Shown in pieces: positions 60,723-64,000 of a stretch of 64,000 nt of DNA. This DNA is from Candidatus Woesearchaeota archaeon (GTDB lineage: Archaea > Nanobdellota > Nanobdellia > Woesearchaeales > UBA583), in assembly GCA_965205335.1 (NCBI GenBank), contig OZ242164.1:800001-864000 (forward strand), given 5' to 3'. The first letter of the stretch is position 1; each line of letters starts with the position of its first letter. Below the pieces are notes generated by a model. The model did not search any database. It was not told where the DNA came from and saw nothing but the letters and a program-made list of their open reading frames with translations. A program made the position numbers and the translations under genes.

Positions 60723-61847
60723 ATGAAAAATCCAAAGGCAGTATTGGTTATGGTGGTTGTAATGACATTTCTTTTAATTCATACCTCATATCAGCATGGT
60801 AATCATGCAAGTGCAGAAACAATATTAAAACATACAGTGTATTCTCCATTTAATACTACATTAGTAGATACTGAGAATGAGTATATTAAGGGGGGAGGAG
60901 AGACAGAAGATGCGGGAATAACACCAATATCTGATAGATTCAAGGATTTAAATTATCCTAGTGGTCTTACAGATACACCTTTTTGTAAGATTGGTGGTTG
61001 GTATACAATAAATGTCTATAATGATCCAGGTGAACATGCGAGGGGTCCCCATGTTCATCCCCGTGCCTCTATATTCAATGAAAGTTTTGAATTATTTTAT
61101 TGTAAAACTACTCTTGACTTAGCAAAAAAAATAAAAATTCCAAGTTCTTGGGATACAACAAATGATCATTTGACATTGTATTGTAATGACGGAGAAGGAC
61201 TTGGCACAAATACTATCAACTTTGAAATATGGACAAGAAATTTAGGAGCATACAAACTATGCATATTAAAAAATCATGATAGAAGCGCAAATAACACAGT
61301 AATTTATGGTTTTGAAGTTGGAAACTCAGTCATTGATTCTAATTCAAATTATTTTTATGATAAAGATGACTTAGGTGATAATCATATTATGAAAGAATTT
61401 AGTACAGATTCTACTGAATCTAATAATTATACATTCTCTAATAAAAATTTTAAATTTGCATATGATCTGGAGGATAGTTTTTTCACATTAACAGATTCTA
61501 ATAAACCATTAGATAAAGATTTAGACTTACCAACCTCTCTTACTGATAATTTATCAAGGGTTTTAATTTTAAACAGAAGAAATGGTGTAACTGCATATGG
61601 ATATGAAACGGCACATAGATTATATAGCGGGGGAGGAAATTCAATAAAACCAGTATATGTTATTGATTTATCAGACTTCTCAGATGAAATGACACAGGAA
61701 AGATGTGAGCATATGTTAGCAAGTTATGGGAATGGAATTAAATGTGATGAATCAAAGAAAATTATAATAGACTCAACAGAATTTGATGAACCAAAAATTC
61801 CATTTAATCTATTCAAGAACATAGTCCTAAGTGCTCAAGATGGATAG
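60723..61847 (+). CDS. Hypothetical secreted protein
   Basis: N-terminal hydrophobic signal; several Cys; no recognisable family. Confidence 0.55.
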   Translation: MKNPKAVLVMVVVMTFLLIHTSYQHGNHASAETILKHTVYSPFNTTLVDTENEYIKGGGETEDAGITPISDRFKDLNYPSGLTDTPFCKIGGWYTINVYNDPGEHARGPHVHPRASIFNESFELFYCKTTLDLAKKIKIPSSWDTTNDHLTLYCNDGEGLGTNTINFEIWTRNLGAYKLCILKNHDRSANNTVIYGFEVGNSVIDSNSNYFYDKDDLGDNHIMKEFSTDSTESNNYTFSNKNFKFAYDLEDSFFTLTDSNKPLDKDLDLPTSLTDNLSRVLILNRRNGVTAYGYETAHRLYSGGGNSIKPVYVIDLSDFSDEMTQERCEHMLASYGNGIKCDESKKIIIDSTEFDEPKIPFNLFKNIVLSAQDG

Positions 61848-61911
61848 TACAACAAGATAAATATTCCACAACCACAAGAAACACCAAATAACTTTCCTTA
61901 AATTAATTAAA

Positions 61912-62097
61912 ATGAAAAAATTGAAGAACAATAAAAAGGCTATTGAATTAACATTTCAGACAATTGTAATATTTATTATACTAATAATTGTTCTAATATT
62001 TGTCATTGTGTTTTTCACAGAACACTTCACATCAAACAGTAATGTAGCAAAAAACATTAGTGATGGAGTAATTGATTCTGCAAGAAATCTAAACTAA
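61912..62097 (+). CDS. Small class III signal peptide (pilin-like) protein
   Basis: NKKA|IELTFQTIVIFIILIIVL. Confidence 0.7.
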   Translation: MKKLKNNKKAIELTFQTIVIFIILIIVLIFVIVFFTEHFTSNSNVAKNISDGVIDSARNLN

Positions 62098-62474
62098 TTC
62101 TCGTAATCAAAAGCTCCTTTTGAAAATGCATTTAACGATAATAAGGCACAGTTAACTCTATTTGGGCTTATTTTAATACCTACTAAATCAAAAATATCCT
62201 TCTCTGTTAAACTTTTTGCATCCTTAAAATCCATTCCAATTAACTTAGATGACAGAAGAGAAAAAGATGCAGTTGAAAGAGCGCAACCTTCCCCTTCAAA
62301 CTTAACATCTGAAATCTTTCCCCTATCAACCTTAACATAAATAGTAAACTCGTCACCACACAGAGCATTCTTCTCATATCTAAAAAAAGTATAGTCATCT
62401 AATTTACCGACATTTTGAGGATTCTTATAATTGTCCATCAACTGCTCTTTATAAAACTGCTCTTCATCATCCAT
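62094..62474 (-). CDS. IscU/SufU-type Fe-S scaffold
   Basis: YKNPQN.G, NALCGDE, GEGCALS.AS, RVNCALL. Confidence 0.9.
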   Translation of the reverse strand: MDDEEQFYKEQLMDNYKNPQNVGKLDDYTFFRYEKNALCGDEFTIYVKVDRGKISDVKFEGEGCALSTASFSLLSSKLIGMDFKDAKSLTEKDIFDLVGIKISPNRVNCALLSLNAFSKGAFDYEN

Positions 62475-62630
62475 TATACAAAAAGACTATCAAAGAACTA
62501 TTATAAAAGTTTTTATTTTAAATCTAAAACTTCTCATATCACTTGGAATTTTAAGTTCTTAAGCATTTAAGATTTTCTAAACGAATCCATCTATCTAAAC
62601 TTTATAAACTAAACTCAATTTCATCTCTAT

Positions 62631-63848
62631 ATGAAAAAAACATCTCTTAAAGACTACTTAAGTGAAACACTTGGAGAAGACTTGGCAAAAAAAGTAAACA
62701 GAGCATTTGAAGTAGTTGGAGACATTGCAATAATTGAAATAAATCCTGAGTTAGACAAATACTCAAAACAAATTGGAGAAGCCCTTCTAAAAACAAACAA
62801 ATCCATAAAGACAGTTCTAAAAAAATCAGGAATCCATCATGGGGAATTCAGAACTCAAGATTTAATATATGTTGCAGGAGAAAACAAAAAAGAGACTCAA
62901 TACACCGAAAACGGAATAAGACTTAAAATCAATCCCGTGGCAGTATACTTCTCAGCAAGACTTTCAACAGAAAGAGCCAATCTAATGGATAAATTAAAAC
63001 CTAATAAAAGAATTCTTGTAATGTTTTCAGGAATTGGACCTTACACATTTGTTGCCATGAAAAAACAACCTGACATTAAAAACATCACATCAATTGAAGT
63101 AAATCCAGAAGGACACAAATATGCATTAGAAAACCTAAAACTAAACAAAAACCTCATAAAAAAATCAAAAGATTACAAACAAGTAACACAATTTCTAAAA
63201 GATAACAACATCCTCTTTCACGAAAAAGAATTAATAAGATTAATTAACAATCTAAAATACACATTCATTAACGAAGATGTAAGAAAAGTCATACCAGAAT
63301 TAAAACTAAAAAAATACACAAGGGAAATTTCAAACTACCACAACGAACTCTTCACGATGTCACCAAAAGACATATCTGATTTCTTAAAAGATGCCAAATT
63401 CAAGGAAATATTCATTGACTTAGACAACTTAGAAGATAGAACAAAACTAAAAAACTTATTCATAATATTTTCAGAAAAATTTAATTATATACTAAAAACA
63501 AATAATAAAAAGTACATATTTGATGATTATATAACTAAAACATACCTATTAGACGTTCTAAGAGGCGATAACATTGAAGATATAAACAAATTTGATGAAA
63601 TATATATGCCCCTCCCAAAAGACTCCTCATTATTTCTTAATGTGGCATTCAAAGTTGCAAAACCCCAAACAATAATTCACACATATGATTTTGTTTCATA
63701 TAAAGATTTCCCAGATAAAACACAGAAATCAATTAAAGATATTGCCCAAAAAAATAACGTTAAAATACAAATAATTCAGACAAGAAAATTAGGACAATAC
63801 TCTCCAAGAAAATACAGGGTATGCTGTGACTTTAAAATCATCTCATAA
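62631..63848 (+). CDS. Trm5/Taw2 (Met-10-like) tRNA methyltransferase
   Basis: FEVVGDIAII, GEFRT, ENG, VYFSARL.TER, MFSGIGPY, MPLP, YSP..YRVC.DF. Confidence 0.85.
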   Translation: MKKTSLKDYLSETLGEDLAKKVNRAFEVVGDIAIIEINPELDKYSKQIGEALLKTNKSIKTVLKKSGIHHGEFRTQDLIYVAGENKKETQYTENGIRLKINPVAVYFSARLSTERANLMDKLKPNKRILVMFSGIGPYTFVAMKKQPDIKNITSIEVNPEGHKYALENLKLNKNLIKKSKDYKQVTQFLKDNNILFHEKELIRLINNLKYTFINEDVRKVIPELKLKKYTREISNYHNELFTMSPKDISDFLKDAKFKEIFIDLDNLEDRTKLKNLFIIFSEKFNYILKTNNKKYIFDDYITKTYLLDVLRGDNIEDINKFDEIYMPLPKDSSLFLNVAFKVAKPQTIIHTYDFVSYKDFPDKTQKSIKDIAQKNNVKIQIIQTRKLGQYSPRKYRVCCDFKIIS

Positions 63849-64000
63849 TTATTCCTTAGTTCATTTCTCTACAATGGTATAACTTATATCGGTGCACCGT
63901 CAAGGCATGGCATCCGTAGCCGCGAACAGTCGAAAAATTCTCTAAATTGTCTAGTGATGCTGATATGATTATAATATACATATCTGATTTTCTATGCAAG

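Noticed and set aside
63880-63935. Short GC-rich patch near the window end (ncRNA or intron end?)
   Set aside because: No tRNA, SRP, RNase P or group II domain V signature recognised; may be the tail of a minus-strand ORF beyond the window

Overview
Very AT-rich archaeal window. aglB, hef, hjc, pth2, a thermosome subunit, scpA, a Trm5-like gene and TATA/BRE promoters about 30-40 bp before start codons point to a DPANN-type (Woesearchaeota/Pacearchaeota-like) genome; this placement is inference. 1-27.2 kb is a surface/N-glycosylation cluster: flippase, GalE, GT2/GT4/GT10/GT14/CgtA-like transferases, FkbM methylases, a TagF-like transferase, gmd-fcl, aglB and galU-pmm. 27.2-39.6 kb is a plastic region: IS-end remnants, a decayed restriction-modification gene, a Panacea/RelE-like pair, a three-gene ATP-citrate lyase interrupted by a Fic gene, two identical 117-bp MITEs, a denV pseudogene and an IrrE/DUF4411 pair. 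39.6-64 kb is mostly housekeeping, plus an IS481 and a GC-richer Cys/His-repeat cupredoxin gene. Main finding: all four insertions with a visible target-site duplication (IS5-type, 8 bp; two MITEs, 9 bp; IS481, 14 bp) have the TSD edge exactly 6 bp (one BRE length) upstream of a TTTATAWA box. Three orphan IS ends lie 14 bp (8+6) upstream of TATA boxes. This suggests promoter (TBP/TFB)-anchored transposition. All calls are by eye; no searches were run.
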